A stretch of 64,000 nt of DNA from Chlorokybus atmophyticus (Eukaryota; Plantae; Mesostigma and Chlorokybus algae). The stretch is from NCBI GenBank assembly GCA_009103225.1, contig RHPI01000160.1, positions 49,377-113,376 on the forward strand. Reading direction: 5' to 3'. Made by a program: the position numbers and the translations under genes. The notes beneath the pieces are model-generated. The model was not told the DNA's origin. It was given only the letters and a program-made list of their open reading frames with translations, and ran no database searches. The number at the start of each line of letters is the position of its first letter. Positions within the stretch are counted from its first letter, which is position 1. Positions 1-11,302 of the stretch are shown piece after piece.

Positions 1-1140
1 AGCAGGTCCGTTGTGCTACTGCATGCGAAATGCTGCATGTTGTATGCACTGTACACTATGTGGCATACATCGCTGGATGTTGCCCATCTGCGTCCATAAG
101 GAGTAGACCCTTGCTCCCTTGCATACTCCTTGCGTACTCCTTGCTTGCGGTTTGTGTTGGTGCGGCTACTTTATATATGTGATGCATAGGACATGTGAAA
201 TGCTGTTGTACGCATGCCAATGCGCATTCCCTTTGCATGCAGTGCAAAATAAGCAAGCACGGCTATAACAAACATTCCACCATGAAGCGTCGACCAGTAG
301 GCTAGCACTACTAATTTCTGGTTAGATACTTCACTACCAACCCCGCTAGACATGCATCATGCTTGTATCAAACATGTTACTGTGTGAGTGAGATTATGAT
401 GTCCGGTCAAGTCACGTGTTGATGCATTCATGTCCACACGAAGTAAGCAAGTTAACTGCACAACAGCCGTATGAGCTCAGCGCTTGCAAGCAGCCTTGAT
501 GACAAGAAAGAGCAATCGGAGTACAGCAAACACAAGACGTGGACGTGCCCGCGCTCTAGGGAGGGAGGCCTCCCGTCTCCCCTTATCCCTCCTCTCTCCT
601 CCCTTCTCTCTCCTGCCTCCTCAGTGGTTGTAGCGTAGGTTTGGCGTGCTGCGTCAGCGTCAGGGTCCTTGTCCCGCGCGTAAGGGCTGGCCCGCATGCA
701 GGCTGGGGGCTGTGCAGCCAGATGTTGGCCAAGAACTATCACCTCGGAAGAGAACCCTCCCAAGGGACGTGCGCTAGGGCGGTAACGGCAGCACGCACAG
801 CTGCACAGATGCACGTGTTGAGCACCCTCCCCTGCAGATGCTCACGCGGTGTCACTGTCTCAAGAATGCACCACTGCACATGGTACACAAGGTACAGTTG
901 CGGGTTCGCATGAAGGCTGCGCATGCGCGCGGCTAATGTCGACACGAACAAGCGGCGTGTTGTCTCCGTAGGGCTTCTTGCAAAAACGGCAGCGGCACTT
1001 TGTTGCGCCCTCGCAGAAAGACGCTAGCGGCATGTAGCCACCATAAGCTGTCCCTCTGGTGGCAACACCCTTGGCCTGGATGTCAGCGTCGCCCGGATGC
1101 CGGTCTTGATGATGAAAGTGACACAGCACGCACGTGTTCG

Positions 1141-1216
1141 CAGTACCCTGCAAGAAGCGAGAGGGCACGATTAGCAGGTCTGCTAATCGTGCCCTCTCGC
1201 TTCTTGCAGGGTACTG
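1141..1216. repeat. Perfect 37-bp inverted repeat with 2-nt loop
   Basis: CAGTACCCTGCAAGAAGCGAGAGGGCACGATTAGCAG (1141-1177), loop GT, exact reverse complement at 1180-1216. This is why QYPARSERARLA appears in ORFs on both strands. Confidence 0.95.
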
Positions 1217-2099
1217 AGTGTTGTTGGCGCCGGCGTCGCTGATGGCAATGAGTTGTGCAGCTTCCAGTAATGCTGCGTAATGCATGTTTGTGCCGCTGGT
1301 GGAGCCTGCCCCGTGCCAGCTCAGCAGCGGTGATGACATCCTGCGCTCTCCACCATGCAGAATGCTGGCTGGCTGTTGGTGGCGTTGTGGATGACAACGA
1401 GTTTTGCAGCGCTAAGCTGCACAGTGCATGTGTGTGCCAGGTCGTCAGTGGCAGTGATATCCTGCCCTCCCCGCGTGCAGGGTGTTGGCTGTCGTTGGCG
1501 CTGTGGACGGTGATGAGTGCGCAGCTATGAGCTGCACGCTTTATGCCGTGCTCCAGCGGTGGTCGTGCGCGGTGCGTACAGCTGCATTCAGTTAGGGTGG
1601 GTGTGGGGTGCGCGCTCCTGGGCAAGCGTGCATGGATAGCCGCTGCGCATGCAACGCGACACAGCCCATGCGACAACGTGGTTGGCATGCACGTGACCTC
1701 CACGCATGTGCACGCATTTTCAGACATGATACAACAAAAGAGACTGGACCAAAGAACACTTGGCTTGAATGCTATGCCATCACAGCATCGCTTGCTGAGC
1801 TGAGCCTGGGCTACAGCCAAGCGACAGGCGGTGTGGAAGAGGTGGCTGCCCTGCCTCTGAGCGTAGAGGGCCCTGCAGGCTCGCCTTTGTGTGCACGTAT
1901 GTGTTGTTGGTGCATTGGACAAGTGCGGACTGGGTGACCAGCCGCTGAGCAGTGCCGTCGAGGTAGAGGCTGGTAATTTTGGTGGCATCCGTGGAACAGC
2001 TGCAGCGGACGGGAAAACCAGCAGCACTAAGCCGGCGGAGCAGTGCCGCTGAGAGAGAGATTGTCGACCATGGCAAAAGCCACCCTGCAATAGTTCAGC

Positions 2100-2460
2100 A
2101 GCAAGCATGACTGACCGGCAACCATCACACAACAAAAAAAACAATCAATCAACAACCAACTAGCAATAACACCCATAACAAGCAACATCAACGTGACTGA
2201 TGGCAAACGCATGCAGCGAGATTAAGCAACCACAACCACGGTTAAGCACCACATCTACTTTAACAACATCCTCAACAATAACAAAACCACAACTTGCAAT
2301 GACCACAATCTGCCAACAACCACAACCCATCAACAACAACAACAAGCAGCGACAAACCCAATGTAACGACACAATGGCTACTACACCCAACGCAACTAGC
2401 ATGCAGGCACCTGCAGGCACAACAGCAAACACCACAAAGCGGTCTGTCATGATGTAAACA
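2100..2460. repeat. CAA/ACA-rich low-complexity tract
   Basis: Dense CAACAACAAC/ACCACAAC runs; the overlapping T/Q/N-rich ORFs look compositional. Confidence 0.7.
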
Positions 2461-3364
2461 CGATGTACATACCACAGTTGCACATCCCCGCGTCGTGCGC
2501 CGCGGATCATATGGTCTTAACAAGATTAAGTGCGGCGCCGGCCGGTTTAGGGCTTCGTAAACACCTTAATCATCAAGGCCGAAACTATAACCGTACAAAC
2601 ACGTATTGACGCGCATTGATTACCGCACACGACCGATACCGGTATTATTCCATGTGTGACTTGCGTCCCAGACGTATCGTGCTACTACTATGGCGTGCGT
2701 TCCACGCAATGCGATGTGTCTCATCCGGATCAAGCTAATGGAGAAACTCTTTATCGTAGGTCTTTAGAAGTATACGGATGTCAGTCACAAGTACCTTGCG
2801 TACCCAAACAGGCAGCTCATCTGCGAATGTTATGCAGAGTGAGACAACAAACTACGTTGAACAACAGCAATGTTGAAGGCTTACCATCGTTAAATACAGT
2901 GTCATGCACTCTGCGCACATGATCATCCCCCTCGAGCACCATCTTCACCTCCACAGTGCCTTCCGCTACAGGAACTTTTGGAGTTCCACAGCAAGACTGC
3001 ATCATCGCCTTTGAACTCTTGGAACTTGAAGTTTTAAAGGGCTTGGACTTCGCCCTAAAGTGAGGGTGTCACAGCCCACTCGACCACAAAAGACTTGTTT
3101 GCTTTTATGGTCGATTTGTGGTTATTTGCCTTCGCGTTACAGAGGGGCTCTCTTCGTTGAGAGCCACAAGTTGCTGAGAGTCTCAGCCTAAGACGCCTGT
3201 GCATAGTCATACATGTTGTAATGTGGTTATGCAGGAGTTGATAGATGTGCTCTTACCTTCTTGCGTGCTTAACGTGCCGAAGCATGTGTATGAGACATCG
3301 CCAAGGTTTGACGTTGTTCATCAGCAGCACATCGTGCAGCATATTAACAGCAATATTCTCTACT

Positions 3365-3560
3365 AGCTCCTTAGCTGCATTTGCTTTCGTGGCTTTGGCA
3401 GCCCGTTTCTTGGTCCCTTACTCCTTGGCCGCCTTGTCATTGGCGGCCTTGTCCTTGTCGTCCTCATCGCCATCAGCATTCTCCTCATCCTCCTTATTCT
3501 TCTCATCAGCGCTTCGTAACTTAAGTTTGTCATGCCTGTCGCCCGGGCATGCCAGTCGTC
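3365..3560 (-). pseudogene. Lys/Glu/Asp/Ala-rich coding remnant of unknown family
   Basis: The minus strand reads DEKNKEDEENADGDEDDKDKAANDKAAKE*GTKKRAAKATKANAAKE with an in-frame stop. It resembles the remnant at 19380-19640. Confidence 0.3.
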
Positions 3561-4354
3561 ATCGGGCATGCCTACAGCGAGACCCTCGCCCGGCTTACCA
3601 GCATGGCGACCCGCGCGTGTCTCTGACCAGTAGCTAGGTCATGTCTCTAGAGTAGCTCATGACTATAGCCTACATAGGCACCGCGCGTAGGTGTTCAATT
3701 GTGTGTTCAGTTATAAGTCGGGTTCTATATCGAGTGGGGATTTCCTATGGAAATAGCCTCGATATGACCATTAGCTTATGTTCTGGACAGTCATGAGTTG
3801 ACTTGTATAAGTAGGCACAGTGTTCACCGGATCAGCTGGAAACACTGGAAGTGAGAAAGCTAAGAGCTTGTGAAGCGACTTGAACTACGAAACACGCCGT
3901 CCCGGTTCCCAAGAATCCCCTCATCGTGTGAGAGCCTGTGCATGTTCTTGTGCAGCCTGTGCTTGTCTTTGCTGTGAGCTTTGTGTACTTGGTCGCGGTG
4001 TGCTTGTTGGCATCAGTCAGGGCATAGCATCCACGTGTTGCTTGCTCATTCACCTCACTTAACAGTGCAATTTCTCTTCCACTCATGCAAAGAACTGTGT
4101 AAACAGCACTACCTACAGTAGTGGCTCGTTGACTTACAGTGTCACCCTCTTTGCTCAAGTGAGTGTAGTTGCAGGCTGCACATCAGCAGCGCAATCTGTA
4201 GTTGTACACATCGCAGTGCATCATTGTCACCGTCATTGCATAGCGCGCACAAGTGCTAGTGTGTTGGGTGATAGCAGCATTGGAGATCCCTTGTAGAGCA
4301 TTGTAGAGCACAAAGACTCTACCTTTCATCCACTTTCACCATCGCATCAGCTGT

Positions 4355-6088
4355 ATGAGCAGGCCCACCCCTTTCTCGCCAATAGAAGAAGGGAACCTCA
4401 ACAGCTGGAGCCCGGCCTCCAACCTTACCTACGAGTGCGCAAGTGAAAGGAGCGGTTACCGTAGCAGCAGAGGCTCACGCCCGTCTCCGGCTTGACCTCC
4501 TCTCACTCCACTCCTCGACAACGAGCATCTCCACCACCGTCGGACAGCGACGACGAGGAGATGAAGCCTTCCAGCTCAACCAACTCCCTACGCTTCTCCG
4601 GACGCCCTGGCACCACCTCACTTGACGAGTTCAACATCAATTTCCACTCCAAGATGCGGCAGCAAGCCCTCAAGAGCCTGGACAAATGAGGTATCGTTTC
4701 ATGTGTCCGCTCAATACCTTGATCACGAAGCACATGATGTGTGGAAGTCCGTCGCTGAGTTGCACAAAATTGATGGCTATAGCGAGTTGGCCAGCACAAT
4801 AGCCTCCACGTCACTGCGTAGCCCATCGGTTACTGTCCCTATAGCAGCGGCCCCGCCAGCCTCAGTCACGGGTCTCACTCTAGCTGCAGCTATGGAGAAG
4901 GCAGAGAATGAAGAAGTTGAGGTGGTAGTGGCCTCATTGACTCCTGCAGAGATCGAAAGCAAGAAGGCCGAGCGCCGGATCAGGATACTCAACTGCATCG
5001 CTGCCATCATCAGGGAGCAACAAGAGGAGCAGCAAGCTGCAGCGTTGGAGGTGGGTACGCCCCTGCTACCAACACCGAACTCGCGTGCTCCAGCGGGAGG
5101 CAGTGTTTTCACCCTCGGCTCAGTGGCATTGCGTGCACCCGCGCTTACGGTGGGCGCGGCCATATTGGACTCCCCGTTGAAGGACCTCTACGCCGCACTC
5201 CGGCGCACCTTCCCACCTCAAACCAACAGCAAGGTGGAGGAGTTGAGGCGTTTTCGACGGAAGCCCAACGAGGACCCTCTCCGACTGTATTCACGGTTGG
5301 AAGGGGTGCTTAAAGACACTGACTACAAGATCGTTAGTGAGGAGGCGGCAGCAGTGGTGTATGTGGCCGAGATGAATCCCACCCTGAGTGAGTCAACGCG
5401 CCTGACGCTGAACTACAGCAGGCCCCTCGGCTACACCCTCAAGGAAGCTTTCGAGACTGCACAAGCCATCCACAAGCGCGCAGTGTATGAGAAGGCGATG
5501 CTGGACACCAACCGTAGTGCCTCGCGGCCTATGGCAGGCACAAGTGCAAAGCCTCTTCGGCGGGACCGCGGCCGAGAGCCGCAAGGTATCCACAACATGG
5601 ATAAACGGTCAGCTCATGCTGCCCTTGTGGCCCCAGTGCTGTGCCACCGGTGTGGTCGACATGGCCATTACCAAAAGGAGTGCACCGAAGATTACGGCAA
5701 CCTTGGGTGCGACTATTGCCACAAAACGGGACACTTGGAGACAGTTTGCTGGCTCAAGTTCCCTGAGCTGCGGCCTTCTATTGGCTACAACAATAGCAAC
5801 AACGCTGTTGGCTACCGCGGCAACAACAACAACAACAACAACAACGGGGGCTACAACAACAGCAACCACGCTAGCGGCTACCACAACAGCAACATCGCTG
5901 GTGGTCGCAACAATGGCAACAACGCTGGTGGCCACAACCCCAACAACAACAACAACGCTGGGGCCCGCAAGGAAGAAGCTGGCTATAGAGGGAAAAACCG
6001 CCCTCCACAGCACAAAAGACCTGAGGGACGTCCTCGCGCTGGAGCTGCTGCTGTAAAGACACCAGCCAATCCACCAACTATTGACTGA
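4355..6088 (+). pseudogene. gag: Gypsy Gag with two CCHC zinc knuckles and an Asn/Gly-rich tail (frameshifted near 4680)
   Basis: FSGRPGTTSLDEF in one frame continues as WTNEVSFHVSAQYL in ORF 4622-6088. Knuckles CHRCGRHGHYQKEC (5642-5683) and CDYCHKTGHLETVC (5708-5749), both CX2CX4HX4C. The start codon at 4355 is tentative. Confidence 0.8.
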
Positions 6089-8460
6089 GTGGCAGCCCTG
6101 ATGGCGCGCGTGGCACAGCTGGAGGAGAACAAGGAGCAGGATTATCAAGCCTACTACGCTGCTAGGTGGGCACTGATGGCACCAAAACGGGATAGGGACA
6201 CTCCCATGCCGTTACGCGTGCAACCATCAAGACGTGCGCGCAGAGAAGCTGGCGCGTCGTCAACAGCGGCATCGTCGGACGCCACAAGTGGTCCTCGGCA
6301 GCCACAACCACTGCTGGGACGACGCCGTCGACGACACCGTCGGCGTCCAATTCCGACCGCGACAGCAGGTGTCAGCACTCTGGGCACCACGCTGTCCCTG
6401 GTGATGGAAAGCACCCACGCCGCAACAACCATGGTCGTTGGGTTCGAGGGTGGTGAATCCACCACTCCTGCCTCCATCGAAGCGACCACATCGGCCGCAA
6501 CTGCTGCCACCCTCACAGCCGCCACCTCAGTAACGACGACTGCTGCAGGTGCCACCACCATCGCCTCCAGTAGTGCTGCCGCACCCACTGCACCACTCCC
6601 TGAGATTCGAACGGCACCGCCACCAGCACTTGACGTCACACAGCAAGTGCCACGCGGACCACAAGCAGAACGCGCCTGGGCGTCGGTGGTTCTACGCAAC
6701 GTGGAGCCCACCACCATTGCGTACGGACCAGGGGGGCGACGCACCACGTGCGTGGCACGCGATGATCGCATCTTGCCCCTTCCACCTCCAGAGTACCACA
6801 CGCTGCCGGAACCCACACAACAGCAGCTGGAGGATGAAATCCTCGCCGGCACTGCACCAGATGAGGGATCGTCTCTTCGGGGTCACCTACCGGCGACCTG
6901 CCGCGTTGGAGCTGGCCATTCAGTTGTTCTTGGCATTACACGCACGATTGCAGGGCGCACCCAGTCAAACGCGGCAACCCATGCCCGCTCAACAAATCGA
7001 CTTCGAGCCCTCGCCACTGGACCCACTCGGACTCCAGCGCCACAAAATACAAGACCTCGTGGTCACCATGTCAAACATCGCGCTGGGCGCTGATCTCGCT
7101 CTCCGGGGGCTCACTCCAGGCAGTCGTCAAGAGCGTTTCTCTGCCCTCGAACAGGCACAAGGTTATTAGGTGGACCAAGCTGTCCAAGTGGACGCACGCC
7201 AACAGGCATACGAAGCAGCACACGCCATTATTGTCCCAACCGTAGCTCCGGTAAATGTTGCCAGCGCCTCCACGGCGCTGACCACAGGGTACTCCACGGC
7301 AGTCGCCATCGAACAGGCAGGACAAGCAACTGTTGCAGACCAAGCGAGGGCGTTGGCACAACAATTGAGGGGGGTAATCGCCCCGCTGCTGCCTCCTTTG
7401 GTCGAAGACATGCCCGAGGATCAATGCGATGCAGGGCGAGGGTACCTCACCCCGCAAGGGGACACCACACAACGAGGAGGAGCTGGTGTGGTGGGGGAGC
7501 AACAACTCCGTACCGCACTCATCCGGCAAGCAGTCATGTTGCACAGGTCTGAGGGCAACACATTAAGACAGATTATGGGGATGCAAGAGGGCAGCGCCGC
7601 TCGAGCCCGTCTCGTGACATGGCTCGTTGCCAATCACCCTGCTGTCCCCCTGTTTGCCTTTGACAACCGAGCATCATGGTTGGGGGCATTCGTTCGCTCG
7701 CTGCGACAAGCATACGACGAGGCTGCCACCACAGCCCCGGACACGCTGGAGGGAGTGCAAGAGGCAATGCTGCGGCTGCCAGGGGTGGAAGCCGCACGAC
7801 AATGGCGGCGCATCGCCATTGCTCATGAGCTACACGCACAGCAGACTGACCTCCAGCGCACCCTACGCGCGCGCGCCATGACCGTGCTCGACGTGGGAGT
7901 GGTACAAGGAAGGTGGGATGCCCGCATGGCAGGGATCTTGCGCGTCCCCACCATCACCCACGACATGCGGCGACAGCTACCACGCGCCGTATACCTGCAG
8001 CCCATGCCTCAATATCATCATTGGACCGACACGGACACCGAGCCCACGGCCACGCGGGAAGGGACGTTGGTCAGAGAAGCGGCTCATGCTGTCCGATGGA
8101 CGTACGCCGCGGAACAAGCTGAACGTGAGGCAGGCCCACAAACACCGGGTCCGCCGGGGTTTCTACCACAGCCATTGGGTACACCCGCGGGCATGATTCC
8201 ATCTTCGCAGAGGCGGCATCCACCGGCGCCGCCACCACAACCGGCGCCGGAACCTCCAGCACCGAGCCCCCCCCGTGTTTACCAACCACCACGACAAGGT
8301 CGATTCGGCAGAGGGAGAGGGCAAGGAGGGGGTTCTTCGGACTCAGCAGGCAGAGGAGCTCTGGCTGCCATGCGCTCAGCACCCCCAGCTGAGAGAACTG
8401 AGGCGAAGGCGCAGACAGCTCGTATGAAGAGGCTGCGTATCGACGCCAATGCTGCCATAG
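6089..8460 (+). pseudogene. Unassigned polyprotein segment between Gag and protease
   Basis: In frame after the gag TGA. One extra base near 6848 and a TAG at 7167 interrupt an otherwise continuous frame that runs into the protease. It is Thr/Ala-rich, then predicted helical, then Pro/Gly-rich. Confidence 0.55.
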
Positions 8461-8810
8461 TGGCAAACCAAGGCAAGCACGTTACCATCAACGGCCTGGC
8501 ACCCAAGCGAGTAATGTTGGACACCGGAGCACAGCCTGTCATCATCGGGCGCTTCCTCGCGCGGTCCCTCGGCATAACCAGCTCCAACTTGGTGCCTTGC
8601 CCATACGTGTTGGACACTGCCACAGGTAGCCGAGATAAGGTGATGGGAGTCACCAGGGAGGCCTTTTGCATTCGGTTGACAGGGCTGGACCCAACCCACA
8701 CAACCGAGATCGTCTAGCAATGTGTGGTCACCAATGCCGGCTCCTTCGACTTTCTGCTTGGGCAGGACTTCAACTTCCCTGTGGGCATGGGCCTCGACTG
8801 CTGGACAGAT
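8461..8810 (+). pseudogene. Retropepsin-type aspartic protease
   Basis: RVMLDTGAQPVIIG with DTG at 8520-8528, followed by FDFLLGQDF after an in-frame TAG at 8715. Confidence 0.85.
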
Positions 8811-9184
8811 CGAGCGTGGTTTCGGCCACATTGGGATGAGGATAACGGAGAGGTGCAGGTTTTCTGCCTCTCGAGTAAGTCTCGCGCACGCGCGCCCAAC
8901 GCAAAGTGGCTGCCGTGGCTACACGCAGCCACGCCCGCACACGGGAGGCTGCAACGGCCACATACGATGGCGCTCGGACGCAAGTCGCTGCGGGTGCCAC
9001 GGCCCCGTGTCGAACCGTCGACTCCTCTCCCACCCCGTACAACGAGGAGCAGGAGGATGCCACCGTGGAAGTAGCATTACAAGACCCAGCTGAACGACGC
9101 TGGCGCGCACAGGTGGATGCACACGTCTTGCTCAGCCATCCACTGATCACCACGCGCTTCCCCAACTACTGAAGCCACGACAAG

Positions 9185-10486
9185 GTGCAGGACCACCATA
9201 TGGTGGCCACCGGCGTGGTGGAGTTCCACACATTTCGCAGACAACAGGGCATCACAGTGTTGGAGCTATTCGGAGGCATTGGCAGCGGTCTTGCCGCGGT
9301 CCTCAACACGGGTGTGAAGGTGGTCAAATACTATTACTGTGACCCAGACCCACACGCGCAAACGGTCCTCAAGCACCACCTACGCCAATTGCACGAAAGG
9401 TATTCACATCAACTACCCCTGTCGGCGTTACAAGGTAGCCTCAAAGCCTTGCCACAAGACATCCGGCTGATCATTAAAGATCACCTACTGTCCCTCGGCA
9501 ACGTCGACCTATTGATAGCTGGATGGGAATGCCAAGGGCTCTCCAGGGTAGGCAAGGGGCAAGACCTCGAAAACTCTCGCTCCGGGTTGTTCTGGGAGCT
9601 GATGAGAATCATCCACCTCCTTCAACACCACCAGATCTCCAGACCCCTGGGGTATGTTATCGAAAATGTGCATTCAGAGGACGACAAGCGTCCGCACGTG
9701 GCCTCCAGCTACCGACAAGTTTGCTCCATTCTGCGGCACCCACTCAAGGTGAACGCGGCACGACATGGCTCGCGCGCACATCGTGTACGTGCCAAGTGGA
9801 CAAACTTGGCCACCGTGAAAGAGCTCATGACCGCAGAATACACGCGCAGCGCTCGGCCACGCAACCTGTTGGTCGATGACATCCTTGACCCCGGCCGCAC
9901 AGCACAACCTGTCCTGCGTCATGACCACCACCACTTCTACCCGTGCAATCAGCCCGGGCAGCCCCGTCGCGCACTCCCCACATTGGTGTCCTACTCGGGC
10001 TCCTACGCATTTCGGAACGGTGGTGACGGGATGGTGTTCGATGCGACCACCAACAGGCTGGAAGAACCCAACGCACGCGAACGTGAACGCGGCATGGGAT
10101 TCTTCCCCAACATCATCACGGGTTCATCGCTGACAGATAGTCAGCAATGCCAGATGCTTGGTCGCGCCATGGACCAGAATAGCATGGTATGGCTGCTGGA
10201 GCTGAGCTTCGCATTGCAGGACCGCCACGTGTCCTTCGAGGATCTCGAACACTTGGCTGGGGGGTGGGCTGATCGCGTAGCCGACACCAAGGCAGCTCAC
10301 ACAGCCCTCGAGGTGGTCCACATGGAGGAGCAAGCAGCAGTGACAGTGGAGGACATTCCCGTGGTTGCCAATGCAACCTCCTGGGACCATGCCATTGGCC
10401 CGTTGGCCACAGAAGACACTCGAGAGAAGCTGGAGGCTTCCCTCAACAAATGGAGGAGCCAATTCAGCTTCAGTATGAAGGAATAG
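9185..10486 (+). CDS. Retrotransposon-encoded C5 cytosine DNA methyltransferase domain (open 433-codon stretch of the polyprotein)
   Basis: Motif I LELFGGIG (9260-9283), II YCDPD, III QDIRLI, IV AGWECQGLS (Cys 9530-9532), V SRSGLFWE, VI IENV (ENV 9662-9670), VIII AHRVR (HRVR 9779-9790), IX EPNARERERGMGF, X MLGRAM, all in canonical order. Confidence 0.93.
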   Translation: MQDHHMVATGVVEFHTFRRQQGITVLELFGGIGSGLAAVLNTGVKVVKYYYCDPDPHAQTVLKHHLRQLHERYSHQLPLSALQGSLKALPQDIRLIIKDHLLSLGNVDLLIAGWECQGLSRVGKGQDLENSRSGLFWELMRIIHLLQHHQISRPLGYVIENVHSEDDKRPHVASSYRQVCSILRHPLKVNAARHGSRAHRVRAKWTNLATVKELMTAEYTRSARPRNLLVDDILDPGRTAQPVLRHDHHHFYPCNQPGQPRRALPTLVSYSGSYAFRNGGDGMVFDATTNRLEEPNARERERGMGFFPNIITGSSLTDSQQCQMLGRAMDQNSMVWLLELSFALQDRHVSFEDLEHLAGGWADRVADTKAAHTALEVVHMEEQAAVTVEDIPVVANATSWDHAIGPLATEDTREKLEASLNKWRSQFSFSMKE

Positions 10487-10751
10487 GGTACATGCTCAGT
10501 GTACCAGATGGACATCGAACTGGTGGACACTGAGCCGGTGTTTCGACGGCAATACAGGCTCTCTAAGTTGGAAGAGGACTTGGTGGAACAAAGATGTAAG
10601 GCGCTGCTTGATGCAGGCCTTATCGAAGAGTCCACATCGGACTTCGCAGCAGCAACCGTCATGCCACAAGAAGGATTCAGCAGGCAATTGGAAAGAACGA
10701 CGCATGTGTGGCGACTATCGCCCCCTCAACAACAAGACCAAGCAAGACAGG
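10487..10751 (+). pseudogene. Gypsy reverse transcriptase, 5' part (split by the Copia insertion)
   Basis: PVFRRQYRLS..LLDAGLIEESTSDFAAATVMP, then after a 1-nt frameshift KDSAGNWKERRMCGDYRPLNNKTKQDR, ending at the ACAGG TSD. Confidence 0.9.
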
Positions 10752-11175
10752 TGTTGAGAGAATTCGTACATACGATCAGCATCGACCCTCCACACAGGAG
10801 TAGAAGGTCGTAAGGACGAGCACTAGGTCCGGACTTAGCAAGATGGCATCGTCGGACCAGACTCCGGACTCCAGACTGGCGCCTTACTAACTGCTTTGTA
10901 TCTCCGCGTATACTTACTCATATTGGGCGTGTAAGAGCTTGTTGGAAAGCTCTGGTTGTAAGGAAGACAACAAAGCTTAGAGCGCGTCAAAAGGCTGGGT
11001 ATAGCTTACGCAGTGCTTGCAAACGTAGACGTGTGTGTAACCGGCTGGTATAAGAACCAGCGGACAACTTGTAATAGATGAATGTGATGTGACTTGTGTA
11101 TGCTCTGGTGGCGGTAGCTCTGTCCGTGTGTATCCATGCTTGCCTCAGCTACATGTGCATGCTAGTCCTTCAACA
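10752..11175 (+). repeat. Copia 5' LTR
   Basis: TGTTGAGAG...CCTTCAACA; differs from the 3' LTR at 2 positions by visual comparison. Confidence 0.97.
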
Positions 11176-11188
11176 GGTTATGGGCCCA
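11176..11188 (+). promoter_or_regulatory. Copia primer-binding site for a cleaved (half) initiator tRNA-Met
   Basis: GGTTATGGGCCCA directly after the LTR is complementary to the TGGGCCCATAACC anticodon region of eukaryotic tRNAi-Met. Confidence 0.9.
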
Positions 11189-11302
11189 CACTACGCTTGA
11201 GGAGTGTGAGACTAGCTTGTGTGCATAGTAGTTCTACACTACGGTAGCTTGTTGGTAGCAGAGCCTTGGGTGTCAACTGCAAGAAAGGCAGGCTCGACAG
11301 AA

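Noticed and set aside
1-2100. ORFs of up to 353 aa at the window start
   Set aside because: No recognisable domain; overlapping frames on both strands; probably decayed TE or gene debris.
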